Shown: positions 1-10,701, counted from the stretch's first letter. The stretch: DNA of 64,000 nucleotides from an uncultured Chloroflexia bacterium (GCA_963765765.1 CAVXYC010000017.1:71125-135124), one strand, 5' to 3'. The notes: generated by a model not told the origin, from the sequence alone. Translations and numbers: made by a program.

Positions 1-196
1 GGATATCCGTTGAACTCGGCAATCAGCACAGTTTCGTTCGGCAGAATCTCTGTATGAAAGCGCTGTTCCCACAGCTCGATCGGCTGCGGGTGCTCCAGAT
101 CCGTGATGTCGCGTGCCAGGTATCGAACCAGAACTTGACAAGCTGAGGGACATCATCTTCCGATGCCGCCCGAAACACGATCTCGGAGTCAGTCAC
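1..196 (-). CDS. GNAT family N-acetyltransferase, 5' part (runs off window; frameshift near 105)
   Basis: N-terminus IVFRAASEDDVPQLVKFWFDTWHAT continues in another frame as DLEHPQPIELWEQRFHTEILPNETVLIAEFNG, a typical GNAT N-terminal pattern. Confidence 0.6.
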
Positions 197-571
197 GCGC
201 CTCAACACCGGGCCAATTCTCTGGACTTTGCGTCACCATCCGATGCATGTTCTCAAACATGCTCAACTGAGCCTCCGTCGCATCTGATGTCGTGAGTCAC
301 TCACCTCCGAGCCGGCCATCCGGACGGATACGGATGTAGTTTACTCGAAGCCCAAACCATGATTTGCGTGCGCCCCACTAGTGTTCAGCAATCGCTACGC
401 ACGTGATAAGTTACTTGGAGAGAAATAGGTGCCCCAAGGTGTCGATTGGAGAAGCGCGACGAATAGTGACGCAAAGCCATCAATTCTGCCCAGAAATGGG
501 TTCAGTTCTTGCCTACGGCACCCTGGGGGTTACCCCTCAGGTCCCAGTGGCACGTTTCTGGTACATATGGA

Positions 572-1060
572 ATGGAGGACAAAAGACCGGTGGTAAAGAC
601 GAATAGCGCTCGAATTAGGAAATGGGCCTGGTCGACGTTGGCGGGTTTGGGCATCGGCCTGGTAGCGCTGCTACTGCAGGAGCCCCTGGTTGGATTTGCC
701 AAGGAATTTGCAATCTCTGGAACGGTGGACTGTGGTCGCCGTGCTGAGCAATTGTGCTCGTTCGATGATTCTCAACCAATGATGGTGGTTCACACCAGGG
801 ATATCAGTGGAGTGATGGAGCGCGTCGTGGTTGACATCTCCTGGATCATGCCTCATATCCGGGAGCAGGACATAGATCAGGACGACCCCATCTGCATGGA
901 TGTGGAGAACAAGCCCGACGGCACATTGCGGGCGATCGCTTACACACATCTGTGCGGCGAGAAGGGGACGGATAATCCTGGCATGTCGACCGAAGATGAT
1001 GACGTCGAAGAGCAGGGCGATGATGACGATGATGATGACGATGATGATGATGACGACTGA
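572..1060 (+). CDS. Hypothetical membrane-anchored protein with Cys-containing domain and poly-Asp tail
   Basis: ORF 509..1060; ATG at 572; one hydrophobic helix (WAWSTLAGLGIGLVALLL); C-terminal Asp run; followed by a strong hairpin. Confidence 0.6.
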   Translation: MEDKRPVVKTNSARIRKWAWSTLAGLGIGLVALLLQEPLVGFAKEFAISGTVDCGRRAEQLCSFDDSQPMMVVHTRDISGVMERVVVDISWIMPHIREQDIDQDDPICMDVENKPDGTLRAIAYTHLCGEKGTDNPGMSTEDDDVEEQGDDDDDDDDDDDDD

Positions 1061-1092
1061 TGATGATGACGACGATCGATGACGACGACGAT
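1018..1092. repeat. (GAT/GAC)n trinucleotide repeat
   Basis: gatgatgacgatgatgatgacgat... continues past the annotated stop codon to about 1092. Confidence 0.9.
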
Positions 1093-1136
1093 TAGGAAGG
1101 CGGCTTCAGCCAGAGATTAACATCGGAACCGAGTAG

Positions 1137-1180
1137 AACCATAGGGGCTGGTCAACTACAGTTGACCAGCCCCTATGGTT
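1137..1180 (+). terminator. Long palindromic terminator hairpin
   Basis: aaccataggggctggtcaact-ac-agttgaccagcccctatggtt followed by T residues. Confidence 0.8.
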
Positions 1181-1404
1181 TCTATCTGGGTCTCAACGGA
1201 GCCACCAAAGGTTCTTGATCATTCGAGGTAACGTCGCATCCGTGACCCACTAAATTGGAAAAGGCCGTGGTGTAGCAAGTCGCTGCCCGGTCAGATCGCC
1301 AGGTGCGCTAGTCCATTGTGACTAGTCCGTCAATTTTGGTACCCCGGACACTTGGATGCGTGACGTGCCAGGGCCGGCGTACCGCGGAGATCCGGAGCGG
1401 TCCA

Positions 1405-1731
1405 TTATTCGCCAGGCGCGCGATAGCCGATCGTTTGGGCGCGCTCCAGGGCCGCCAGTGTCTCCTCGACGGCCAATAGAGCGGTCGTCTCGCACTTGGA
1501 GAGGGCTCCACCGGCACTCAGCGCCATTGCTACGGCCGCCATAGACACGTTGTCCGGAGCTTCCCAGAGGGTGATGCCGTCGTACTCTCCGAACGCGTAC
1601 CAGAAGCCGTGGAGTTTGCCGCCAACCGACTCGATGTAGGACCGGGCCGCGTCGCGTCGGTCCTCGGGATGCTTGGCCAATCGCGCCCAGGTCTCGGGCG
1701 TGTAGCTGAAGCGCGTCAAGTACATCGGCAT
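1405..1731 (-). CDS. GYD domain-containing protein
   Basis: MPMYLTRFSYT...GGKLHGFWYAFGEYD motif, about 108 aa. Confidence 0.85.
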   Translation of the reverse strand: MPMYLTRFSYTPETWARLAKHPEDRRDAARSYIESVGGKLHGFWYAFGEYDGITLWEAPDNVSMAAVAMALSAGGALSKCETTALLAVEETLAALERAQTIGYRAPGE

Positions 1732-1924
1732 AGTCCAGCTCCTTGGTCTTTTAGGCACTCATTATTGTCCCAACGTCCGAGGGTGACAAGCCTCGTAGAG
1801 GATGGGGCGCCCTTGAATTCCCAAGTTGTGTGAACGGTGAAAACGCTCAGCGGGCCGAGTCAGGGTCCGAAGTCCAGCATCTAGTGAGTCGTGCTTCGAT
1901 GCCTCGCAAATCGAGACTTCGGAG

Positions 1925-2262
1925 TCAGTCATGTGGCTCCACGACCCAGAACTCATTTCCCTCGGGATCTTGCATAACGGTCCAGTCCATGTTCTGATAC
2001 GAGCTCATCTCGCCCTGGGTAGCGCCTAGTACAACTCTAGTCGCTGCACCTCACGCTCGCGACTGTCCGCCTCGAGATCGACGTGCGTGCGGATCTTGAC
2101 CGTTTTGGATTCAGGCACCTGGAGCAGCAAGATGTGTGGGAGGCCTCGCTAGGGCGGGACCGGGTCGGCCACCCACTCATTGGAGACGCAATGGAGAGCC
2201 GTCGCGGCCTGCCACAAGGCAGCCAGGCGTGACGGGTCCTTGCCGTCCATTGTGATGTCTAA
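1925..2262 (-). pseudogene. Degenerate VOC/glyoxalase-family paralog
   Basis: Manual translation DITMDGKDPSRLAALWQAAT...QVPESKTVKIRTHVDLEADSREREV...WTVMQDPEGNEF, with in-frame stops and indels; parallels the 2342-2726 gene. Confidence 0.8.
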
Positions 2263-2341
2263 ATCAACTTGGTACCCAGCGCCGGTGAATTCGCTGGGAG
2301 GCAGGAGTAGGGGGCTTTAGCCCGGGGATCCCAGCGTTGGA

Positions 2342-2726
2342 CTAGAAGTCTGGCGCGACGGCGGTCTTGTTTGACCCGCCTTCAGGCTCGGCCACGCAAA
2401 ACTCATTTCCCTCAGGGTCGTGCATCACGGTCCAAACGAGGTTCTGCATATGGTGAGTTTCCCCTCGCGTCGCACCGAGCTTTACGAGCCGCTCGACTTC
2501 CAGCTCACGATCGTCGGCTTCGAGATCGATATGCGTGCGGTTCTTGACGGTCTTTGGCTCCCGCACTCTGACGCAGAAGCAGGCGCGGTGAGTGTGGTTC
2601 GTTGGCGCCGAGGTGCGCGATCCACTCATTACTAAACTCGATGGAGTAGCCAGTAGCCGCCTGCCAGAAGGTCGCCAGCTTCCCTGGATCGTTGCAGTCG
2701 ATAGTAATGTTCTTGATTCGAGCCAT
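2342..2726 (-). CDS. VOC family (glyoxalase-like) protein, one frameshift
   Basis: MARIKNITIDCNDPGKLATFWQAATG joined to EPKTVKNRTHIDL...WTVMHDPEGNEFCV. Confidence 0.85.
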
Positions 2727-2848
2727 GATGACCTCGTGGCAACGTGACGTTTCGTAGTCGGGCCATGTTGTTGTCCAGGCACTTGAAGGCGGGTTGATGT
2801 GTGGAGGATGAGGGTTTGTCATCCTCCACATGGACAGATGTGCGGTAT

Positions 2849-3352
2849 CTAACCGCCGTAGAAGACGTTGTCGCCGAGGTCCCTGAGCCACAGGGTGGCG
2901 TCATCAGCGCGGCCGTCTGGCTGCTTGCTGACACCGGCGTCGACGACCTCGCCTACGAAGATCGAGTGGTCGCCGATCTCCACAGTCTGGACGACTTTGC
3001 ACTCGACATACGCTGGCGTGCTGTCCAGGATCGGCGCCCCCGTGGATCCGGAATGGAAGGATTCACCCGAGATGGAATTGCCATCCCGCTCCGCTGGCTT
3101 GAAAAAGGTGAACGCTAGACCGTTCTGCCCCTTGCCAAGCACGTTGAGCGCAAAGCTTCCCGCGTCTTTCACGTGCCCGTGCGATCTGGAATCCTTCTTG
3201 ACTCCCACCGCTACGAGAGGCGGGTCAAATGATGCCTGCGTTACCCAGTTCACGGTCGCGGCGCTCACCGATCCGTCCTTGCCCTCGGCGGTAAGCACGT
3301 ACAGGCCGTATGGAATCATGCGCAGGGCAGTCTTCTTGTCGTTGGCATCCAC
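2849..3352 (-). CDS. Flavin reductase family protein
   Basis: LRMIPYGLYVLT...QASFDPPLV...GDHSIFVGEV motifs. Confidence 0.9.
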   Translation of the reverse strand: MDANDKKTALRMIPYGLYVLTAEGKDGSVSAATVNWVTQASFDPPLVAVGVKKDSRSHGHVKDAGSFALNVLGKGQNGLAFTFFKPAERDGNSISGESFHSGSTGAPILDSTPAYVECKVVQTVEIGDHSIFVGEVVDAGVSKQPDGRADDATLWLRDLGDNVFYGG

Positions 3353-3500
3353 GGGTCATTCCTCCTTGTGTCATCGCAATAGCCGCGTCATGGCGCTTGG
3401 AGCGCGAATTGATCGCGGCGCTCTCGCCATTGTTCCGCACACGATGCGTATCTGTCCATGGTGGGATAAGCGACCCGGGCCTACGGTCAGGCGGGGCTGT

Positions 3501-3740
3501 TTACGAGAAATGCGAACCGCGGCTGCTACGTGGATCGAGCGTGTCCCGCAGTGCATCTGCCAGGAGGTAGATACACAGGACGGCGGTAAAGATGCACGCG
3601 CCGGGGAAGATCACCAGCCAGGAACTGGTGTACAGGTAGCGAAGCGAGTTGGTGAGCATGTTTCCCCGGCTCGCGTCGGGCGGCTGGATGCCAAGCTCAA
3701 TGAAGCTGATCCCGGACTCGGCCATGATTCCGGCGGCAAA
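3501..3740 (-). pseudogene. C-terminal fragment of a DppC/OppC-type ABC permease
   Basis: AESGISFIELGIQPPDASRGNML...WLVIFPG...ADALRDTLDPR; N-terminal part and partner genes absent. Confidence 0.8.
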
Positions 3741-3963
3741 TCTGGAACCCGGCTAGTGGATCCGGCGCCTTGAGTGAAACGTGTTTCAGGGGAAGGCCCG
3801 ATTAAGCAGCGGTCTTCTTTTCCGTCGCGCTGGTGCGCCGCGGCCTCAAATCGGCGATCTAGACCGCCTCAATTTGTTGCCACCGTGACTAGTGTCTGCG
3901 TAGCCAACGTACCGTTGATATGGACCAGGCGCAGTTATACTGGCCTGAATCGGACGGGGGAGC

Positions 3964-4783
3964 ATGAGTGTGGACAGTCCAGCCGACGGCGGGGCGCGCG
4001 ATACGTCGCCAGTTGAGGTGTTCAGCATCGGAAAGGAGCTCCTCATCGGTCAGATCCAGGACTCCAATAGCTTCTGGCTGGCCAAGTCGATCACGCAGTC
4101 TCGGTGGGGCGATGCAGCGGATCAGTATTCTCGACGACGACCAGCCGTCCCTCGTCTGCGCCTTTCGAGATGCCGTAGCTCGCGGAGCCAAAACAGTAAT
4201 CACCACGGGAGGACTGGGACCCACCCCTGATGATCTCACGGTCGCCGCGCTAGCCGAGCTAACCGGCGTCCAAACGCACGTAGATGATGCTGTGGTGGCG
4301 GACCATCTTCGTCGGCGCGGAATTACGCTGGAAGAGCACACCGATAATCTCAAGCGCATGGCCACCATTCCGGACGGCTCCACGGCGTATCCCAGCCCCG
4401 CGGGTTGGGCGCCGTTGATTCGCATCGACGTAGACGGCTGCGCGATCTTCTCCATGCCCGGCCCACCACGAGAAATGGAGGCGGTGTTCGTGCGTTACCT
4501 GGAGGAATACTTCAGCTCTGGCGCTGGCGCACACCGCGCCGTCACGCATCGAATCTACGTGGACATGTATGAGTCCGAGGTAGCGCCCCTTCTCCAACAG
4601 GTGATGACTGCCGTCCCGGGCACCTACTGCAAGGGATACATCGCCCTTGGAAATCAGCGTTTTCTACCCATCGATGTCGTGACGCGTGGTGAGGACGAGA
4701 CGAGCGCCAACGCTGCATTGGAAGATGCGCTGACTCTGCTGGAGCGCCTCATCAGAGCGGTTGGCCGAGACTTCCAGCGCTAG
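3964..4783 (+). CDS. CinA-like competence/damage-inducible protein (molybdopterin-binding domain), frameshift near 4105
   Basis: EVFSIGKELLIGQIQDSNSFWLA, ITTGGLGPTPDDLT and MPGPPREM motifs across two frames. Confidence 0.85.
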
Positions 4784-5005
4784 CGGCCCGCAGAGTCGCG
4801 TGTCTAGGGCGTGGTTTGCGGGGCTCTGTCGCCGGTTGATAGATCTCGTCGCGCCTGACCTGTTCGCACAAGAGGAGCCTCACAAGATGCCGCTCGGCGG
4901 GCCAAGGCCTTGAGGCAATTCGCACACTTGACAGCATTCCGGCCGGGTCTAATGTCGAGTGGTCCGTATCATAGGTGCGGAATGCGGCACATAGGGAGTT
5001 CCACA

Positions 5006-5485
5006 ATGGCGCAGGTTCACGAGCCGGAGGTTGGTGCACAGCCAACGCCTAGTCCATTCCAGACGTTTGATGTTCGACCGCAGCTTCTGGAGTACGGCAA
5101 GGTTGTCACGTCAGCGGCAAAGACGGACCTCATCTCCTGCAGCGTTCAGGTGATCGCCCATGGCGGTGAGACCAATCTCCATGCGCATAACGGCAGTGAT
5201 GCCATCTGGCTCGTGCTCGATGGGAAGGCCAAGTTCTACACGACTGACAATGAAGTGGTCGGGATCATCGAAAAGAACCAGGGTCTTGTCATCCCCCGCG
5301 GGACACCGTACTGGTTCGAGAGTGAAGGCGATGACAATCTCGTGATTCTTCGTTTCGGCGCCACGGCTCAGAATGAGCCCGACACCCGGACGAACTACAC
5401 GCATCGCAATTTCTCAGTGGACGGGCAGCAGTCGGCAGAGCGTCCCACGAAGATACTCGAAGGCGTCTTTTTCGGCGACAAATAG
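5006..5485 (+). CDS. Cupin domain-containing protein
   Basis: GGETNLHAH...WLVLDG...IPRGTPYWF cupin motifs; RBS gggag upstream. Confidence 0.85.
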   Translation: MAQVHEPEVGAQPTPSPFQTFDVRPQLLEYGKVVTSAAKTDLISCSVQVIAHGGETNLHAHNGSDAIWLVLDGKAKFYTTDNEVVGIIEKNQGLVIPRGTPYWFESEGDDNLVILRFGATAQNEPDTRTNYTHRNFSVDGQQSAERPTKILEGVFFGDK

Positions 5486-5623
5486 CCTCAAGCACTAGCA
5501 ACAATTTCATAACGACGCGCGCGGGCGCATCCTTTCCCACAGGCAGAGCGCAATCCGCTGAGGTGAGTGCGTGAGCTAGAGGGTTTAGGAATGTGCCCGC
5601 TCCACGCGTCCGGGGAGCGGCAC

Positions 5624-6802
5624 ATGGCAACACCTTTCCTCAGGTCCAGCGTGCGAGCATCGCTTTTCCCAATTGGCGCGGCACTGCTTGTGGCGTGCGC
5701 GCCCGCGGCTGCGCCGTCTTCACCGGCTGCCTCGGCGCCGACATCTGCGCCCGCTAAGCCGGATGTACCCAAAGCTGAGGCGCCGAAGCCTGCGGTACCG
5801 GCCGCTCAGCCGGCTTCCACGAGCAAGCCGGACAGTATGGCGGCGCTAACCGCGCTATATGAGAACGCTCGCGCCTCTGGGCAAACGAAGGTCAGTCACT
5901 ACGGGGCAGGACTGAACGAGTTCGAACCAGTCGTCGAGGCCTTCCGTCAGCGGTTTCCGGGCATCGATGTGGAAACGTCCCTCCAACGCGCACCCGAGTC
6001 AATTCAGCGTTTGAGTGCTGAAGCGAGCGCGGGCAAGCAGATCGCCAACGTTCTGAGCCATGGGGAAACGGCGATGTTGACGCTGGATCAGCAGGGCGCG
6101 TTTACCGATTGGGATGGCCCGCCCACGGCGGCGCAGCTGCCCAGGATCCCAGCCACCGGCGGTCGTACTCGATGGTCGATGAACGAAGCCGTCCACGGTT
6201 TCATGGTCAACACGAGCATGGTGCCGGCGGACAAGATTCCGACGACACCACAGAGCTTCCTGGATCCATTCTTTAAGGGTAAGGGGAAGCTTTTGCTTGA
6301 GGACCCCCGCTCTACAGGCGCCGCGCTGGATTTCTTCACGCAGGCGTCGGACAAATTCGGCCGTGAATACCTTGACAAGATCAAGGCCCAGGAAGTCACG
6401 TTCACGCGTGATCGTACGCTTGCGCCTATCCAGGTGGCTCGTGGGGAGTTCGCAGTCTACTTCCCGGTGAGTTTGGCCGCTGAGCACTTCGCCCTCCAGT
6501 CGACGGGTGGAGTCAAAGTCGACATTTTGAAGGAGATGCCGACGACGACCACCACGTCGATTGCCGTTATCAAGGGCGCGCCAGCTCAGGATGCGGCCAA
6601 GCTGTACGTGGGCTGGCTACTCTCAGAAGAAGGGCAGAAGACGCTCGTGGAGAAGAAGGAGCAGTATGCGTCATTGCCGGGCATCTCGCCACCGGCCGGC
6701 TGGCCGACCTTTACGGATCTGCAGCTAGCGCGTCGTACTGAGGATCAAACAGCACGGAATGCCGAATATACGGAACTGTTCGATCAGGTCTTCTTCAAGT
6801 AG
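5624..6802 (+). CDS. Extracellular solute-binding lipoprotein (iron/thiamine/polyamine-type SBP), orphan
   Basis: Lipobox LLVAC, Pro/Ala linker, AFRQRFPGIDV and AAKLYVGWLLSEEGQ motifs. Confidence 0.8.
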   Translation: MATPFLRSSVRASLFPIGAALLVACAPAAAPSSPAASAPTSAPAKPDVPKAEAPKPAVPAAQPASTSKPDSMAALTALYENARASGQTKVSHYGAGLNEFEPVVEAFRQRFPGIDVETSLQRAPESIQRLSAEASAGKQIANVLSHGETAMLTLDQQGAFTDWDGPPTAAQLPRIPATGGRTRWSMNEAVHGFMVNTSMVPADKIPTTPQSFLDPFFKGKGKLLLEDPRSTGAALDFFTQASDKFGREYLDKIKAQEVTFTRDRTLAPIQVARGEFAVYFPVSLAAEHFALQSTGGVKVDILKEMPTTTTTSIAVIKGAPAQDAAKLYVGWLLSEEGQKTLVEKKEQYASLPGISPPAGWPTFTDLQLARRTEDQTARNAEYTELFDQVFFK

Positions 6803-7019
6803 TGTTGTCGCAGATAATGAAGCGCGGTCGTCACGCGAGCACGCTTCATTGCCCGGTCGATTACGTCAATAAGTCAACCGCGTAAAACGCCTCCATTTTG
6901 AATTTGGCTGTCCCATTATTCGATGTCGAACATCCGGACAGCCTTATATTGTCTGCATCAGTCGACATTGCCTCTCCCAGCTGGGCGGTAAATCAAATCC
7001 GCCGAGGCCGAGGCAGGTC

Positions 7020-7260
7020 GCGAGTATCATCGCCTGGTGACCGGGGCTGGCTCGCGGGCATGGCGATGGCGGTCGCGGTTTCGGTGTGCTGGGCAGCATC
7101 TTCGTCGGCATCATCGGCGGCTTCCTTGCGAGCACGTTCCTTGGTCTAGATGTGTCCGGGTTCGAACCTCCCGAGCATCCTGGTGGCGTTCGTGGGGTAC
7201 ATCGTGTCCCTGTTTATCCTCAGGGAAGTCCCCGGACCCCAACCATTTGAAGGATAGCGT
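7020..7260 (+). pseudogene. GlsB/YeaQ/YmgE (transglycosylase-associated) membrane protein remnant
   Basis: Across frames: GWLAGMAM-GRGFGVLGSIFVGIIGGFLASTFLGLDVSGF-LPSILVAFVGYIVSLFILR; start region degraded. Confidence 0.65.
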
Positions 7261-7456
7261 TCACTGGCGTTCAGGACCTTTCACGAAAGCAGCGGCCCGA
7301 TTTGGCCCCTTCCTTGCATCCTAGTGGCGTTCGTGGCGAGCATCGTGTTCCTGCTCATCCTGAGGGCAGTCCCGGATCCCAGCCATTTGAACGATAGAGT
7401 TCACTGGCGTTCAGGACCCTTCACGAAAGTAGCGGCCCCATTGGGCCCCTTCCTTC
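7177..7456. repeat. Imperfect tandem duplication, period about 141 bp
   Basis: gtggcgttcgtgg...gttcactggcgttcaggacc...ggccccttcctt occurs at about 7183-7315 and 7324-7455. Confidence 0.9.
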
Positions 7457-7620
7457 GTTTGTCCGCTATCGCACCCAAGTCACGCGCCCGAGGAACGAGA
7501 CACGTGCTGCATCTCGATATCGATGGCGAAACAACGAGTGATTGGAGAAAAAACATTCCCAAAACTCTGAGGGAAATGAAGACCAAGCCGGGGATTCAAC
7601 GGCTCGCGCAGTAGTCGCGG

Positions 7621-8516
7621 ATGATTGAGCAGACGGGGCTTAACATTGGGGCGCTTGCCCGCCGAAGCGGTGTGCCTACGGCGACCTTGCGTGCCTGGGA
7701 GCGGCGTTACGGACTTCCCGCACCCCGTCGCACGATGAGCGGCCGACGAGTGTATTCGAACCTCGACCTGACCGCTGTCCTGCGCATGCGTCAACTGGTG
7801 GCCGAGGGTGTAGCTCCCGCGCGAGCCGCAATTCTGCTGACAGCGTCGGCGCAACAGTCAGCCGTTCCTGCGTCGTCAGAGCGTTTGGCCCTGGGCTTCG
7901 CGGAACGGTTCGTCGACGCGTGCATTCGGTACGATGACGTCTCAGCCAACAGTATCCTCGACGAAACATTGGCCGTATATCCCGTCGAGGACGCCTGTTT
8001 AAAGGTCTTCATCCCGGCCCTGTGGCGAATCGGCGATCTCTGGCAAAACGGCGGGCTTCCGGTCGCAACTGAGCACCTCGGCAGCAACCTCATTCGCGAC
8101 CGAGTGGCGATGCTGATGCGGGTGACCAGCACATGGCCTGAGGCAGGCCTTATCGTCTTGACCTGCGCACCGGCGAGCAGCACGACATCGGCCTGCTGAT
8201 GCTGGCAGTTCTCTTGAAGCGGCGAGGGTGGCGAGTACTCATCCTGGGAGCCAATACACCGCTTGACGAAATCGATCGTGTTGTAGCCGTCCTCGAGCCT
8301 CACGCCATCATCATCTCTGTCACCCAAGAGGCCGTGGCCCGACGAACGTATGAACGTTGCCAGGTTCTCGTTGCTCAGCTTGAGCGCCATCGGACTATTC
8401 TGGCGTTGGGAGGTCGCGGTGTCGCATCACTCCCGCGTGAGCAGACGTCAGACAAGATCATCATTCTCCCCCAGGAACTGCTCGAGACAGTTGCGGTTCT
8501 TGAGAAATCATCTTGA
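7621..8516 (+). CDS. MerR-family regulator with cobalamin-binding domain (CarH/LitR-like), frameshift near 8175
   Basis: IGALARRSGV..TLRAWERRYGL MerR HTH; W-x9-EH (LWQNGGLPVATEH); EQHDIG B12-binding motif after frame correction. Confidence 0.85.
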
Positions 8517-9022
8517 GCCGCGTCCGTAACTCTCGCGAGCCGGTCTAATATGTCCAGATTTCGTCCCTGTTGACATTGAATTCTTAGACGATCGGAGCGG
8601 CACCGTGATGCTGTCGCGGCTCCACGACACTTACGTCCGCCACCATGGCTCAGGATCAACCGATTGAAATTTGATTTTGAGCGGGGCCGTACATACAAAT
8701 TAAGCCAACGTGGAGCTCGCCGACCTGATGTCCAGCAATTGGGTGATCAGGTAATCGACTCCGTGCTGCTGCCACCGGCTCACGCGAGTGAATCCCAGCG
8801 GGGTCGCTGACTAGCGACTCGGCATCACAGCTCCATTCGTTGGTGCGTCTGTACGTGCATCGACGAACATTCCACAAGTTTGGGCTCAACGTGCCCAGCA
8901 GGAGCCGAAAACGGCCATCGGGAAACCCGTAGCGATGATCATCCAAGTCGAGATTTGTCGACGTTTTGTTCAACTCGCAGGATCTGTGCGCGCTACCACA
9001 TGGCTATCGTGAAGGAGGACCC

Positions 9023-9298
9023 ATGTCCCGTGGGCCTGTCGTTAGGAGTTGCTCGATGTGCATTGAACCCGATCTCCACCCGAATTCCGGCCGCGATGGC
9101 CCAGGCGCCCTTACTCCGCTCCAGAAGGATATTGCCGCACTTGTGTCCGAGGGACTCTCAAATCACGAGATTGCCGCGCGACTCGCGGTGACGCCCGAAG
9201 CCGTCTCCGACGAGATAGCGCGCGTGTTCGGGGCGTTGGGACTGTTCACCCGCGTACAGCTTGCGGTGTGGACGATGGAGCACGTATTGCACCGTTGA
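9023..9298 (+). CDS. Small stand-alone LuxR-type HTH protein
   Basis: LTPLQKDIAALVSEGLSNHEIAARL...LGLFTRVQLA; RBS aggagg. Confidence 0.75.
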   Translation: MSRGPVVRSCSMCIEPDLHPNSGRDGPGALTPLQKDIAALVSEGLSNHEIAARLAVTPEAVSDEIARVFGALGLFTRVQLAVWTMEHVLHR

Positions 9299-9459
9299 CC
9301 ATCATCACGGCGGTGGTGGAGCCACCGCGCACTCCGCCATCATCCAGGGTCTGCTGCATCCTCGCCATGGACCGCGGCCGCCTGACCTCACGCGTCGCGA
9401 ATCAGCGACCGGCGCCGCGCCTGCGCCGCTGGCGCTCGGCCGCCCGCGCGGCATCCGCC

Positions 9460-9715
9460 TACACCCTCGACGCTCGCAATGTCGATTTGGTAGTTCCACC
9501 AGCTTCGTGCTCAAGCGGACCTGCCTCAACCTCGGTTTCACGATCTCCGGCAGAGCGCCGCGACGCTGCTGCGGTCGCAGGGCGAAGGTTTAACCACCAT
9601 TCAGGCGATACTCGGGCATAGCAGTTATCAGATAACGGCGGACTTCTATACGCACGTGTTGCCATCCGTCCAGCAACGGGCGGTGGATCGGCTACATCAG
9701 CTCCTCGCGGAGTGA
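9460..9715 (+). pseudogene. Tyrosine recombinase/phage integrase C-terminal remnant
   Basis: Manual translation FHQLRAQADLPQPRFHDLRQSAATLL...IQAILGHSSYQITADFYTHV contains the HxxR, LGH and catalytic Tyr boxes; not in the ORF track. Confidence 0.85.
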
Positions 9716-9794
9716 CTGGTGGTCGGTTTGGTGGTCACATCGTCAATTGTCGTTGTTCAACGGTTATTGCTGGCCGCCATATGAGCTTAAAGAA

Positions 9795-9869
9795 GGTGGG
9801 CCAGGTAGGGTTCGAACCTACGACCGTCGAGTTATGAGCTCGCTGCTCTAACCACTGAGCTACTGGCCC
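9795..9869 (-). tRNA. tRNA with CAT anticodon, most likely tRNA-Ile2 (lysidine)
   Basis: GGGCCAGTAGCTCAGTGGTTAGAGCAGCGAGCTCATAACTCG...GGTTCGAACCC...GGCCCA cloverleaf; lacks initiator features. Confidence 0.9.
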
Positions 9870-9885
9870 GCTTGGCGCGGCCGAA

Positions 9886-10553
9886 TCAGGCGGAGGCTTC
9901 CACCAGGACGCGCACTTTGGATGCGGCGGCATTGCCGAGAGAAACTTTTCGCCACCGCGCGTAAGTGTAATCAGACCATTGTACGGGGCCGATTCTGCAA
10001 CCGAAAGACGGGCGCCCGGCACCACACCGAAGCGCTGGAGGTATTCCATGAGCTCCGGGCTCTCTTCTGCCTCTTCCGTGATGCGCTGCACAAGCACGTC
10101 ATCACCCGTTTGGCGAGTATCCAGCCCGACCTCGCGAACGTTCACTGGATTGCCTGGCATGGGGTTGCCATGCGGGCAGGTAGACGGGTTTCCCAGCACT
10201 TCCAGAAGACGTGTCTCGAGATGGTCCGTGATTGCATGCTCTAGCTTGTGGGCGTATTCGTTTGCCTCGTGCCAGGGCATCCCAATCAACTTGGTGAGCA
10301 GCCACTCGGCCAATGCGTGCCGGCGTACCACTCGGTCCGCTTCAACGCTGCCTTTGGGCGTAAAGGAGATCGTTTTCGATCGATCCATCTTGATCAGATC
10401 GTCACGAATCATGCGCTGAAGGGTGGCCGCCACGGTTGCAGGGGTCACGCCAAGGCGCTCCGCAAGTCGTGCGGAGATCACCCGCTCGCCATCCCGGGTC
10501 ATGTAATGGATGGTCTGAAGATAATCTTGAACTACTGCGCTTGTGTCTTCCAT
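9886..10553 (-). CDS. DtxR/IdeR/MntR family metal-dependent regulator with FeoA-like domain (frameshift near 9945)
   Basis: QDYLQTI, LAERLGVTPATV, RRHALAE, AHKLEH and CPHGNPMP motifs. Confidence 0.9.
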
Positions 10554-10701
10554 GACCCCGCCAATCACCTCTGCACTCTTCGGAAGTATATGGTCCCCCT
10601 GTTCACGGAGCAACGCTTTATGGCTTGTGCAGCGAGCACGAGAGGCTGGGCAGGATAAGAGAAACAAAGCGATGAATGGGAATCTCTCGCCAACCGCCAC
10701 G

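Noticed and set aside
403-435. YLERNR peptide shared with the HtrA PDZ region
   Set aside because: A six-residue match with no flanking similarity; likely chance.
8545-8590. Possible CarH operator repeats
   Set aside because: Only loose TnnACA-like words with inconsistent spacing.
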